Shown here one piece after another: positions 39,152-48,147 of a DNA stretch of 53,170 nt (positions are counted from its first letter, which is position 1; each line of letters opens with the position of its first letter). Below the pieces are notes generated by a model. That model did not search any database, was not told the DNA's origin, and was given only the letters and a program-made list of their open reading frames with translations. Source of the stretch: a virus (lineage: Duplodnaviria; Caudoviricetes); the IMG/VR virus record IMGVR_UViG_3300009703_000024, positions 1 through 53,170 of that record; one strand, 5' to 3'. The translations under genes were made by a program, and so were the position numbers.

Positions 39152-40951
39152 TTAACCATTAAAAGCCACCTTCACTAATTGTATGTAATCAAATGGCATA
39201 TCCATTGATTTTGAAAGTTCACGCCAATCGCCCCTGCTATTCAACACAGCCACTACATCAGAAGCAGGGCGTTGTATCTGCCCTGCCATTATAGCAATAT
39301 CAGAAGCATTGTCACCATTCATGGGTGTATGTGGTAGTAGTTTTGTGATAGTTTCATCCTGTAAAGCCATCTCATGTTGAACACTCTCAAGAGCATTTTC
39401 AATCTCTTCTTTGGTGAGCCAACGGCCAACGGTTCCAACCCCTTGACCTACACGATAACCTAATTCACGAGCCATGCCTCTCCAACCACCCAATTCATCT
39501 GGTTGAGGTGCGGGAGGTTGTTCGCCTTGATTAGTATTTAGGTTTGACGGTGGTATTTGGGGGGGATTAGGGGGTATTTCCCCCCTTACGGGGGGTGGGG
39601 CAACAACTGGTTCTCGTTGTTGAACAGGTGGTGCTTGTGGTCGTTGTTGAACAGGTGGTGCTTGTGGTTGAGGAACGGGTACTTCGGTAGGTACTGGTGT
39701 GGGTAATTGTTCTGGTGGCGGTGTTGGTGTGGGTTGTGGTTCTGTTTGTGGTGGCCTATCACCAAGCAAACTAGCAAAACCAGATAGTAGCCGGTCCACA
39801 TTGTGACCACCCTTGCCCCGACTTTGCACATCTGCCATATCCAAACCCTCCATATCGTATTTTTTACCCATAGCGGCGAGTAATTGTGGGCCATAATAAC
39901 GCCAATTAGCACGAGCATTAGCAACCATATCAGTTCCCTTTTTGCTTTGTAAATCTTCTGGTTGAAAATAGTCAGTATGTGTTGGTGATTGTTGTGCTTC
40001 GACTTGTTCTTGGGCGACATCAGCAACAGGGGCGACAGCGGGCGAATTCTGATGGCGAAGGCCATAGTGATATTGAACAGGGGTCATTTCATGTGGTAAA
40101 TGATTTCGTAATACTGGATGATTGGTCCATTGATTTCTCAAAGTATCGGGTGATATAGGAACGCCTTGAAGTGTCATTGTTTTTATCATATCCTTGATAT
40201 GTTTATATGCCTCAATATTAACATATACACTATTGGGTTGCACTTTGTGAGATTCAATAAATTCCTTTGTATCTCCTGTATGGCCCTGCGTCCCTCGTAA
40301 TTCTTTAAGCCCCTCGTGGTAAGGTCGATTCCATGATTCAGCATCCACATTTTCCTTATCACGATTACCTATTCTCAATTTAGGTATTCCGTATTGGTCG
40401 TATTGCCACGGGGTATTCTTATCCATTGGCCCCCAAACCCCCTCACGCCACGGTTGGCTCAATACTGCTTGGCCTAAATCTAAATCAAAGGCATGGGGTA
40501 TGTCTTGTGGTATTTTGTCGGCGGGTTTACCTGTCATGGTTAATTCCTGTCTTTTTTGTTCCCAATTAGCATTTTGAACATCAATGGCTTGATTGATAAA
40601 AGGCGCACCTGCGGTTATTGCTTGTCTTAAGGCTTGTTTGTAGTTTTCCTCTTGACCCGGTATTGGCCCTGCGTGAATAATCGCCGCCGTTTCAAAAGGA
40701 ATGAGTCGCTGATAAATGGCCTCTTTTACCGCATCTGCTTCAACACCAGTCATGTTCCCACCACCTATATCCCCATCAGGAACAGGGAAACCTAGCATTT
40801 TACCAGTTTCATCCACAGGCATTTGTGATAACTGTTGTAGTAAATCTTCAAAATCAAAATGACCTATACCTTTGGTAATCCTACAATTATCTAGTATTAT
40901 ACTGGCGTTTTCCCGAAAGGGTATTGTGCCAATACTAACATATTGATTCAT
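39152..40951 (-). CDS. Hypothetical protein with Pro/Gln-rich linker
   Basis: 599 aa, ATGA overlap with the upstream gene; includes PQAPPVQQR x2 (27-bp duplication at 39614..39667). Confidence 0.8.
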   Translation of the reverse strand: MNQYVSIGTIPFRENASIILDNCRITKGIGHFDFEDLLQQLSQMPVDETGKMLGFPVPDGDIGGGNMTGVEADAVKEAIYQRLIPFETAAIIHAGPIPGQEENYKQALRQAITAGAPFINQAIDVQNANWEQKRQELTMTGKPADKIPQDIPHAFDLDLGQAVLSQPWREGVWGPMDKNTPWQYDQYGIPKLRIGNRDKENVDAESWNRPYHEGLKELRGTQGHTGDTKEFIESHKVQPNSVYVNIEAYKHIKDMIKTMTLQGVPISPDTLRNQWTNHPVLRNHLPHEMTPVQYHYGLRHQNSPAVAPVADVAQEQVEAQQSPTHTDYFQPEDLQSKKGTDMVANARANWRYYGPQLLAAMGKKYDMEGLDMADVQSRGKGGHNVDRLLSGFASLLGDRPPQTEPQPTPTPPPEQLPTPVPTEVPVPQPQAPPVQQRPQAPPVQQREPVVAPPPVRGEIPPNPPQIPPSNLNTNQGEQPPAPQPDELGGWRGMARELGYRVGQGVGTVGRWLTKEEIENALESVQHEMALQDETITKLLPHTPMNGDNASDIAIMAGQIQRPASDVVAVLNSRGDWRELSKSMDMPFDYIQLVKVAFNG

Positions 40952-42747
40952 CGTGGCGGCCCCACTAAATGACCGTTATTACCATGTGATAAATCCAAAA
41001 ATCGCCATGATTTATCTTCCTCTCTTTCAAGTGATTTTTCACCGGGGTCGGTTCCAGTATTGCTAGTTGGCCTACTACCTCTTTTCGCCTCATTACCTAA
41101 TTCGGGTGTTGCTTTAGATAATTTACCTAACATTTCAACCAATTTTTTAACATTGCGTCTCAAATCCAATAGTTCTGAACGGTTCAATCCTTTCAATCCT
41201 TTACCACCTAAACCCAAACCTAAATTCTTAGCGATTGCCATTTTAAGAGGGTCACTGCCCAACGGGTCATGTATAAGAGAACCCTCTCGTTCTGCACTTT
41301 TTGGTTTTTTGAAGCCAGATAGTGAAGTACCTTTGCTACTTTGTGGTTGTGAAGGCATTTTTGTTCCTTTACCCTCCATACCTATTGTTTGTATTTTACC
41401 CTTAATTCCACGAGTATCGTGGTGAGCCGTCATATCACGGGGTAAAGCACCTTGTTGACGAGCCATACGTTCATTTGCTAATTTTCGTTGATAAGCAATA
41501 GGGTCACGAATTCTCAAAGGAACGGATTTAGCACGAGGGTTTCCACCCATCATTCTCCGTGGTGCAAATGCTTGACCTTTTGGGCTACGGCCCACATTTT
41601 GTTCAACCGCACCTGCCCTTCTAGCAGTTAGACCTTTAATATCACGACTACCTCTTCGGCGGTTCTTTCCTCTTTTCAAAGCCCTTTTTCTTTTACGTTG
41701 ACGCTTTTTTTTGGATTTCTTTTCCTCTTCTTCTGATTCTTCATCTTCCTCATATTTACGCCCACGCTTTTTACGGCGTTTCGCCTTACTAATATCACTA
41801 ATAAATACAGGGTCACTGGATGTGAATTTATCAACGAATTCTATATCCTTATCGGGGTCAATGTGCCAATTACCAATACGGCGGTCTAAAACATTGTGGA
41901 GGCTATTAGGCATATCACTATAACGTGGGTCGTCAGGTTCATACCCTATGTCTGGAACTGCACTATGTTTAGGTACAGGTGAAAATAATGTGGTATCTTC
42001 TAAATCCCAATTTTTGTCACGATGCACCCCCTCTATTGCTTCCGTCATTTCTTCGGGAGAATCCCCCGGTGTAGTACCACTGATTGGTGTTGCTGTTAAT
42101 CGTGTACCCTGTTTACTCGGTGTTCTACTAATATTGATATTGGTCCATGCTTGGTCTTGTGATATTTCACCATTATCAAATTGTTCATTGTATCTTTGTT
42201 GTGATTCTTGAAGTTCTTTATCAGCCAGTCTTTCTCTCAACCTTTTTTCTCTTTCATCATCTTCATCACCAAACGCACCTGTTTTCACTAAAGACCAAGC
42301 ATCTTCAAAAGCATCATCACTACGACCAAAAATTAACCCCGGTCCTTCACGTTGTACGGGGCCAGTATTTGCACCTGTTGATATGCCGATACCATTTGAC
42401 ATGTGGCCCATATCAACACCAAGACCAGTTTCGAGTAGTTTTGATTCATCTTCAAACATGGGTGTTTCATTGAGCATTTCCCCTATTACTTCGGGTTTTA
42501 TAGAAATGTGGGGCATCCCCCCCTCCATATCCCTCATAGCCTTTTCACGGCGTTTTTTGGGATTTATTTGCTCTTGGAATTCTTCGGTGCTAGTTCCCTC
42601 TCTATTATGATGAGATAAACCATCTGCATTTTCATTAGGGTTTACATCAAAATCCCCAACCATTTCACGGGGGCGAGCACCCCCAGTGAATTCCATAATA
42701 CGGCCTGACCACTGGTCAATCCCTCGTGGATTAGCAGCACCGGGCAT
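40948..42747 (-). CDS. Largely disordered protein with acidic N-half and highly basic C-half
   Basis: 599 aa with KRRKKRGRK...KKSKKKRQRKRKRALKRGKNRRR tract; contains AFEDAWSLVK. Confidence 0.8.
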   Translation of the reverse strand: MPGAANPRGIDQWSGRIMEFTGGARPREMVGDFDVNPNENADGLSHHNREGTSTEEFQEQINPKKRREKAMRDMEGGMPHISIKPEVIGEMLNETPMFEDESKLLETGLGVDMGHMSNGIGISTGANTGPVQREGPGLIFGRSDDAFEDAWSLVKTGAFGDEDDEREKRLRERLADKELQESQQRYNEQFDNGEISQDQAWTNINISRTPSKQGTRLTATPISGTTPGDSPEEMTEAIEGVHRDKNWDLEDTTLFSPVPKHSAVPDIGYEPDDPRYSDMPNSLHNVLDRRIGNWHIDPDKDIEFVDKFTSSDPVFISDISKAKRRKKRGRKYEEDEESEEEEKKSKKKRQRKRKRALKRGKNRRRGSRDIKGLTARRAGAVEQNVGRSPKGQAFAPRRMMGGNPRAKSVPLRIRDPIAYQRKLANERMARQQGALPRDMTAHHDTRGIKGKIQTIGMEGKGTKMPSQPQSSKGTSLSGFKKPKSAEREGSLIHDPLGSDPLKMAIAKNLGLGLGGKGLKGLNRSELLDLRRNVKKLVEMLGKLSKATPELGNEAKRGSRPTSNTGTDPGEKSLEREEDKSWRFLDLSHGNNGHLVGPPR

Positions 42748-43172
42748 TATCGTTCCCCTCTTAGACGATTATAGATTTCTTTTGCTTTTGTGGGTAGTGA
42801 AGAATACCATTGAGCCAAAAAAGGTGTGCCAGAATAAGAACGCACTAAAGCAAAAAATGATATTGTTAAATTATCAAAAACTTTTTTAGCCTCTTTTTTG
42901 GTAACTTGTGGTTTTGTTTGTAGTAAATCAAGGAATAGTAGTCGTGTCATTACAACATTGCCAAAAATGTCAGGGGCGTTAATTTCTTGACTCAATAGGC
43001 CAAAAGCATCTAATCCCTCTTTCCAAACTATTACGACCTCTTCTAAAGCATCACAAAACACCAAAGCATCATCAACACAAAAAATGTCACTTTCGCCATG
43101 TAATAATGGTGCGTAATCGGTGTTCTTGAGCATCAAGGCGGGGATGGTCTGGTAGCCACTATCGTCAGTCAT
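42747..43172 (-). CDS. Hypothetical helical protein
   Basis: Start placed at MTDDSG after GGGGGG SD; TAATG overlap with the downstream gene. Confidence 0.7.
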   Translation of the reverse strand: MTDDSGYQTIPALMLKNTDYAPLLHGESDIFCVDDALVFCDALEEVVIVWKEGLDAFGLLSQEINAPDIFGNVVMTRLLFLDLLQTKPQVTKKEAKKVFDNLTISFFALVRSYSGTPFLAQWYSSLPTKAKEIYNRLRGER

Positions 43173-43486
43173 AGAATACCCCCCCAACAATCGTCACCAC
43201 AACATTCAGAACACATCCCACATTCTAAACAAGAAGCATCTTCATCACAATCAGGACATTTTGTCCGTTTTGCTTTCACCACAGACCAACCAGTATCAAA
43301 CGCTCGGTCATTGGATTTTATTTCTCTAGGAACAGATTGCGGCATACCAGTTTTCTTATTTGTTGTTTCAACGGGCAACCAATTAGGTTGCATTGTTGAA
43401 GGGCAATTACAGTGGCCTCTTGGAGAACCTTCAGTGGATTTATAATTCTTTACTCGCTTACCACAGCCACCGCATTCATAACTCAC
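43169..43486 (-). CDS. Small Cys-rich protein carrying KSNDRAFDTGWSVVK tag
   Basis: CGGC...CNC, then the tag, then CPDC...CLECGMCSECC. Confidence 0.7.
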   Translation of the reverse strand: MSYECGGCGKRVKNYKSTEGSPRGHCNCPSTMQPNWLPVETTNKKTGMPQSVPREIKSNDRAFDTGWSVVKAKRTKCPDCDEDASCLECGMCSECCGDDCWGGIL

Positions 43487-44176
43487 GAGTAATTTCCCCT
43501 GTATTTGTAATATCCTTTACAGAATGCGCTACCTGCCTTTGACTGTTCATAGGCTTCACCCATCTTCAAGCACCCCCGCATCTACACATATTCCACTGAC
43601 TTGTAGGGTCATTGGGGTTCAAACCTGCTTGTGCCGCATATTGGGGCTTTATTTGTGAACATTTTTGACAATATCTCGAATCCGGAGCCGTTGGTTGCCC
43701 ATATCGCATAATATTACCCAAGCCACCCAATAATCCCGGCTGTTGTGTTTGTTTCACCACAGACCAACCTGTGCGGAATGCCTTGCTAACATCACACTTC
43801 GGACAATAGGATTCGGAAAGACCACCAATACCACCCTCCCCTCTATGGGTTTGGGTCATTGGCCCCTTACATTTTCTGCACACCTTTTCAGCCATCTAAA
43901 GACCACCACCATTACATCCACAGACACACCTTAGACCAGCCAATTTCCATTCTTCGGGGTCGTCTCTCATTTCGCAAATATGGTCGGGTAACATCTCACC
44001 CATCTCTCTTGCTATTTGCTCTTGGTCTAAATGTTCTTCATCACCCGCAGAAGCAAATGGGCCGTATGAATGTTCTTGAATCATATCGTATGCGGCTGTT
44101 AAGCAGTTATCACATACTATGGGTTTCATTTTCACCACAGACCAACCTGTGCGGAATGCTCGGTCATTGGATTTTA
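43274..44176. repeat. Dispersed 30-47 bp repeat in three adjacent small genes (43274..43320, 43752..43781, 44130..44176)
   Basis: tttcaccacagaccaacctgtgcggaatgc is identical in copies 2 and 3; copies 1 and 3 match at 41 of 47 positions. Encodes AF(R/D)TGWSVVK. Confidence 0.95.
43566..43895 (-). CDS. Small double zinc-ribbon protein carrying KAFRTGWSVVK tag
   Basis: CRKC...CPKC, tag, CQKC...CRC. Confidence 0.7.
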   Translation of the reverse strand: MAEKVCRKCKGPMTQTHRGEGGIGGLSESYCPKCDVSKAFRTGWSVVKQTQQPGLLGGLGNIMRYGQPTAPDSRYCQKCSQIKPQYAAQAGLNPNDPTSQWNMCRCGGA

Positions 44177-44384
44177 AGTTCCCGCTATCTCGGCTAATCC
44201 ATCCTTTCGGGGGAGGATTGGTTTCTTTCTGCCCTAATTGGTAGCCAACATCTTTGCCACAATGTATGCAATTGTCATAATAGTCAGGTGATTCTTTTTT
44301 ACAATGTGGGCAATAGACCTTACCATGCTTCGGTCTATGTGGCAAATCGTCAATCATATCTTTTTGGTCATGTTGTTCACCCAT
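43896..44384 (-). CDS. Small double zinc-ribbon protein carrying KSNDRAFRTGWSVVK tag
   Basis: CPHC...CIHC, tag, CDNC...HIC...CVCGC. Start placed at the ATG within the 25-bp repeat. Confidence 0.7.
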   Translation of the reverse strand: MGEQHDQKDMIDDLPHRPKHGKVYCPHCKKESPDYYDNCIHCGKDVGYQLGQKETNPPPKGWISRDSGNLKSNDRAFRTGWSVVKMKPIVCDNCLTAAYDMIQEHSYGPFASAGDEEHLDQEQIAREMGEMLPDHICEMRDDPEEWKLAGLRCVCGCNGGGL

Positions 44385-45087
44385 CTTCAAGCACCCCCGC
44401 TTCGGCTAATGCCTTACGCAGAACTCGCCACTCATCGGGCGATTTCTCGGAGAAATGTGCTTGGATGATTGTTAGCACATTGACCTGTTCATTAGAACCA
44501 ATGCCTTCCATTCTCTCCAGATAAATACCCACATCAGTTAATGTATCACGGATTTCCTTATGAAGTTTAACTGCGGTATCTAACCCCTTATAATCCAACA
44601 TACCAGTTTCATTGCGTTCATCGTGCAACGAATCAATATGTATATTGAATAGATTATTGAGGCGTTGTAGGTTTTGTTCTGTTTGGCCCATCGTGTCTTG
44701 TACTGTTCTCAAAACAGTAGGGACCATTTCTAATTCCACTTGTTGTTGTATGACGGGGGTAGTATGATTTTCAATATGATGTGATAATGTTTCTGATGAT
44801 GTTTCCAGTTCTATTGCCATATCATCTAAGGAAATAAGACCATTAAGGATAGATTCTTCAATGTTGGCCCTTTCGGGATGAGTACATAAAACACATTCAG
44901 AATTACTGTTGTTATGATATTCCCCTGCGTGTCGCCTCATGTGTCGGTGACCAGTACCTTCGGCCCATGATTGGTCGCTATCTATTTCACTACTTTCTAG
45001 TAGGCCAATTCTTATCTGCCGTTCATAATCATCACGCTGTGGGTGTTGACAAAAAGGACAATTTCTTCGTGTCCTACGACCTACCAT
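44377..45087 (-). CDS. Tandem CxxC-HTH-HxxxH DNA-binding protein with coiled coil; putative terminase small subunit
   Basis: Two repeats (CPFCQHPQR...HMRRH; CVLCTHPER...HIENH) followed by oligomerisation-type helices. First gene after an intergenic promoter-like gap upstream of TerL. Confidence 0.5.
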   Translation of the reverse strand: MVGRRTRRNCPFCQHPQRDDYERQIRIGLLESSEIDSDQSWAEGTGHRHMRRHAGEYHNNSNSECVLCTHPERANIEESILNGLISLDDMAIELETSSETLSHHIENHTTPVIQQQVELEMVPTVLRTVQDTMGQTEQNLQRLNNLFNIHIDSLHDERNETGMLDYKGLDTAVKLHKEIRDTLTDVGIYLERMEGIGSNEQVNVLTIIQAHFSEKSPDEWRVLRKALAEAGVLEDG

Positions 45088-45116
45088 GATTTAGTCGCAC
45101 CCTGTGGCCGTTTAAG

Positions 45117-45305
45117 TTATTTGTTATTGCTCTTATGGTGAATGTTGCAGTATGGGCTATTTTTCATCTTTCCGTTTTTACATCTTGAACCGCTTTTAGT
45201 TACCGCAATACATTTGTGCGGTTCATCATCAACCACCTGAACTGGTGGTTGAATTGGTGGTTGAATACTGGGTGGGTGCTGCCACCTAGTATCGAAAGGA
45301 AGCAT
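45117..45305 (-). CDS. Small CCCH zinc-finger protein
   Basis: CIAVTKSGSRCKNGKMKNSPYCNIH after a Pro/Gln linker. Confidence 0.65.
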   Translation of the reverse strand: MLPFDTRWQHPPSIQPPIQPPVQVVDDEPHKCIAVTKSGSRCKNGKMKNSPYCNIHHKSNNK

Positions 45306-45537
45306 ATTGGCGTATAGCAACCGTGAGTGTAAGAATTAAACCAAAGAACATAGCCATCATTTCACCTGTTCCAAGTGTTGGCCCTTTCCAAATAAGAATA
45401 ACTAATGAGAACAACATAAATGCTAAAATGAAAATCATTGTGGCACTTTCCACTAACATTTTTTTAGGGCTTAAAATATCAAGCGTTGTGCTGGTCCAAT
45501 TAACTTCACCCTGTGCTGATAAATTCTTTTCATCCAT
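45286..45537 (-). CDS. Small two-TM membrane protein (holin-like topology)
   Basis: Two hydrophobic segments (ATMIFILAFMLFSLVILIW; MMAMFFGLILTLTVAI); AGGTGG SD. Confidence 0.7.
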   Translation of the reverse strand: MDEKNLSAQGEVNWTSTTLDILSPKKMLVESATMIFILAFMLFSLVILIWKGPTLGTGEMMAMFFGLILTLTVAIRQYASFRY

Positions 45538-45548
45538 AATAACCACCT

Positions 45549-46220
45549 TCACAATATAGCCGCACCTTTAGCCGCCATATTTACACCTTGCCCCATAGTA
45601 GCACCAAAGCCACCTTGATTCTGAACTGCATTACCCATTATCCCACCAAGCATACTACCAAAGAATCCCGGTTGGTCTTGACCCATCATTTGTTGTTGCA
45701 TATATCCTTGTTGATGGGCCGCTAAAAACATTTGAATTTGTTGTTCATTTTGATTTAGGGTGTTTTGTGCCGCCCCTTGTGCTTTTTGTAATGTTAGTGC
45801 TAAATTTTCCGCTGATAATGTAGTAAGGGCAGGTGGTAATGTGTTTGTATCTATTTTCATAGCACCTTTATCATCAGTTAAGAATGTAGTATTTGTGAAG
45901 AACTCTTTAATTGAAAGCATCACTATTTCTCCTATTAAATCCATAAGCAAAGCCATATTACCACTAATAATAAATTGTGATATTGGGTCATGTAAATTTA
46001 ATAGTTGTGAAGTAGCAACGATTGGGTCATTAGCGGCCTGTTGCATTAATGGGTTTTGGGCCTGTTGCATCATACCAAGACCACCCATGCCCATATTCTG
46101 TGGTTGTTGCATCCCATAGGGGTTTTGTTGAAAGCCATTGTATTGTTGACTGGCTAAATTGGGTGCGCCAAATTGTTGTGTTTGTTGTGTTTTATTACCA
46201 CCAAGACCAAAAAATCCCAT
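45549..46220 (-). CDS. Gln/Met/Gly-rich protein with helical core
   Basis: 223 aa; N-terminus MGFFGLGG; Q/M/G-rich termini; AGGTGA SD. Confidence 0.8.
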   Translation of the reverse strand: MGFFGLGGNKTQQTQQFGAPNLASQQYNGFQQNPYGMQQPQNMGMGGLGMMQQAQNPLMQQAANDPIVATSQLLNLHDPISQFIISGNMALLMDLIGEIVMLSIKEFFTNTTFLTDDKGAMKIDTNTLPPALTTLSAENLALTLQKAQGAAQNTLNQNEQQIQMFLAAHQQGYMQQQMMGQDQPGFFGSMLGGIMGNAVQNQGGFGATMGQGVNMAAKGAAIL

Positions 46221-46222
46221 AT

Positions 46223-47131
46223 TTATTCACCTATTTCCATTTGCCTTATCATTTGTTGTTGAGTCATATTATCTAAAGGAATTGGGGGTACGCCTATCAT
46301 TTGTTGTTGTGTCATTTGTTCTAATTGCATGGCCCGTAAATCAAATGTTATCGTTACCAAATCCGCCACCCCTGATAATGGGTTTGTGTGTTGGGTGAGG
46401 GTAACCCCCTTTGAGTGTTGTGCGTCAATATGTACCAATTTAAAGAATTCTTCATATTTGGCTAGAGATTCAGGTGTTGAACGATTTTGGCTTTTATTCC
46501 TATTTAAACCCGGAACTCGTAAAAATCTAGTGCCTTTAGATACATTTTTCGTAAAACCCTCTTCGGCCATTATTTGTTCTTCAACCAAACTTCGTAAAGT
46601 ATGGAAAATATGTAAATGAGCAGGGCATAGGGTACTATTCATTTCGTCACCGTGGTCACCATGAGAACGAGCATGGGGTTTACGGGCCTGTCCTGTATCT
46701 TCATCAAACCAATAAATATCAGCCAATGATAAACCAACACGGTCGTCCACAATATGAGAATACGCATTATCGCCTTCAAGAAATCTCCGGACATCGACAC
46801 CACAACAGGCACATTCATACGCTGCATTATAACGATAAATTTTGAAAAGGCCAAGATTGTAATTCGGTGGCCTCAATGCTTTACGAAGCATTTTAATATT
46901 CTTTTTACGGGCTTTGGCGGGATTTTTAGGGTTTGTTTTAAGTTTTATTTCCACGGTTGGTATCAATTCTTCATTCCCAACTTCACCTTGAGAACCGGCA
47001 CTCGCCATTTCTGCTCGTTGTTGCGCTTTCAATAACTCAAAAGAAATACCAGTATTGGCTGATAAAAGCCGCAATTCATCATCAGAAACGCCATTCAGCG
47101 TGATACCGCCGCCCATGAATGGTAAGCCCAT
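46223..47131 (-). CDS. Hypothetical protein with Cys/His metal-binding motif
   Basis: 302 aa with ECACCG...HARSHGDHG...LCPAHLH; N-terminus MGLPFMGGG; Gln/Met-rich tail. Confidence 0.8.
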   Translation of the reverse strand: MGLPFMGGGITLNGVSDDELRLLSANTGISFELLKAQQRAEMASAGSQGEVGNEELIPTVEIKLKTNPKNPAKARKKNIKMLRKALRPPNYNLGLFKIYRYNAAYECACCGVDVRRFLEGDNAYSHIVDDRVGLSLADIYWFDEDTGQARKPHARSHGDHGDEMNSTLCPAHLHIFHTLRSLVEEQIMAEEGFTKNVSKGTRFLRVPGLNRNKSQNRSTPESLAKYEEFFKLVHIDAQHSKGVTLTQHTNPLSGVADLVTITFDLRAMQLEQMTQQQMIGVPPIPLDNMTQQQMIRQMEIGE

Positions 47132-47144
47132 ATACCCTCTCTCC

Positions 47145-47163
47145 CAATCCTGTGAGGGCTAAC
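47145..47163 (-). promoter_or_regulatory. Candidate operator GTTAGCCCTCACAGGATTG
   Basis: Intergenic; aligns with 48789..48807 (minus) and 51371..51389 (plus). Confidence 0.4.
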
Positions 47164-47182
47164 AACATCAAAAGGGTTCCCC

Positions 47183-47908
47183 TTAAATCATGTGTATTGT
47201 GTTAATAACTGCACTTTCCACCTTTAATCCATATTGTGCGGCCATTGCTTCAACATTTGTAGCAATACTCGCTCGCCTTAAACGCCTCATATCTTCCTTA
47301 AATGGTTTCACTAAAGGATGTTGTCGTTTCAAACCCCAATCCCAAAGGACACTGGCTTGCTCATCCCACCATAAATCCATTTTATTTAATACTAAACAAA
47401 CGACTGTTGGTTTATACTTTTTTACTTTTTTACGCAAACTTCGAGAAAAGGTGTTTGGTATTTTCTTATTCACAATAATATCTGTTAAATATTTGAACCC
47501 TGCTACTGCCTCTTGCATTAAAAATGGCGAAGTGGCTAAACGGTGGTCCACCACATAAAATATAACTGACACATTCCGTTTAACCATATCTTCGGCCCAC
47601 ATATTCCAAAACCTTTGTTGCCCCCCTATATCCGTAGTGGCTATGGGTATGCGTTCACCTTTCCAACGAACCTGTTTTTTAGAAGAATGCGGCATTTGGA
47701 AAGAACCATTTTTTACAGCATGTGTGGTTCTTAACTCTTCTGGTATTGGGTCTATATCACCCGGAACAGTCAAATATTGGTCTAAAGTGGTTTTACCCAC
47801 CATAGATGGCCCGTAAATACCAATTTTATGTGGCTTCAATAACCTATACAAATAGTTGGCTATTTGTGCTGAACCTAAGAGAATATGACCCGCAAAGACC
47901 CACGACAT
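47183..47908 (-). CDS. Small Ras-superfamily GTPase, Arf/Sar-like
   Basis: G1 GPSMVGKTT, G2 RTT, G3 DIGGQ, IFYVVD, G4 NKMD, G5-like MAA; hydrophobic/amphipathic N-terminal helix. Confidence 0.85.
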   Translation of the reverse strand: MSWVFAGHILLGSAQIANYLYRLLKPHKIGIYGPSMVGKTTLDQYLTVPGDIDPIPEELRTTHAVKNGSFQMPHSSKKQVRWKGERIPIATTDIGGQQRFWNMWAEDMVKRNVSVIFYVVDHRLATSPFLMQEAVAGFKYLTDIIVNKKIPNTFSRSLRKKVKKYKPTVVCLVLNKMDLWWDEQASVLWDWGLKRQHPLVKPFKEDMRRLRRASIATNVEAMAAQYGLKVESAVINTIHMI

Positions 47909-47914
47909 ACCACT

Positions 47915-48136
47915 TCACTTCCCCCGAATCCATGACCATACGGCTTCGGGGCTGATATTAAGCCAAATATCCAATCCTACAAAAATAAAAAAGGTGACGG
48001 CAATACCACCAATGAGTGCTAATAGTGTTTTAATTTGATTTGTTGCTCTTTCTAAACGGCGTTCATAGGCATTTTCAGCGAGAATCATAGACATTGCTTC
48101 GGCCTGTCTTTCCTGTTGTGTGTTAAACGGCCACAT
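47915..48136 (-). CDS. Small single-TM membrane protein
   Basis: 73 aa: charged helix, then LLALIGGIAVTFFIFVGLDIWL. Confidence 0.75.
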   Translation of the reverse strand: MWPFNTQQERQAEAMSMILAENAYERRLERATNQIKTLLALIGGIAVTFFIFVGLDIWLNISPEAVWSWIRGK

Positions 48137-48147
48137 AATACCTAACC

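Larger units (their letters stand above)
43555..44400. repeat. Perfect 25-bp direct repeats (43555..43579 and 44376..44400) flanking two small genes
   Basis: ttcacccatcttcaagcacccccgc occurs at both positions and equals the 3' end of the putative TerS gene plus the next start codon. Confidence 0.95.

Noticed and set aside
43274-44176. Three 30-47 bp repeats as a mini-CRISPR array
   Set aside because: They are about 380-480 bp apart, lie in frame within genes and encode a conserved peptide; no cas genes are present.
41640-47908. Eukaryotic origin or host (NLS-like basic tract, Arf-like GTPase, Met-Gly myristoylation-like starts)
   Set aside because: Operonic overlaps, SD motifs and the HK97 head-tail module indicate a prokaryotic virus; the GTPase lacks Gly2, and N-myristoyltransferase is not known in archaea.
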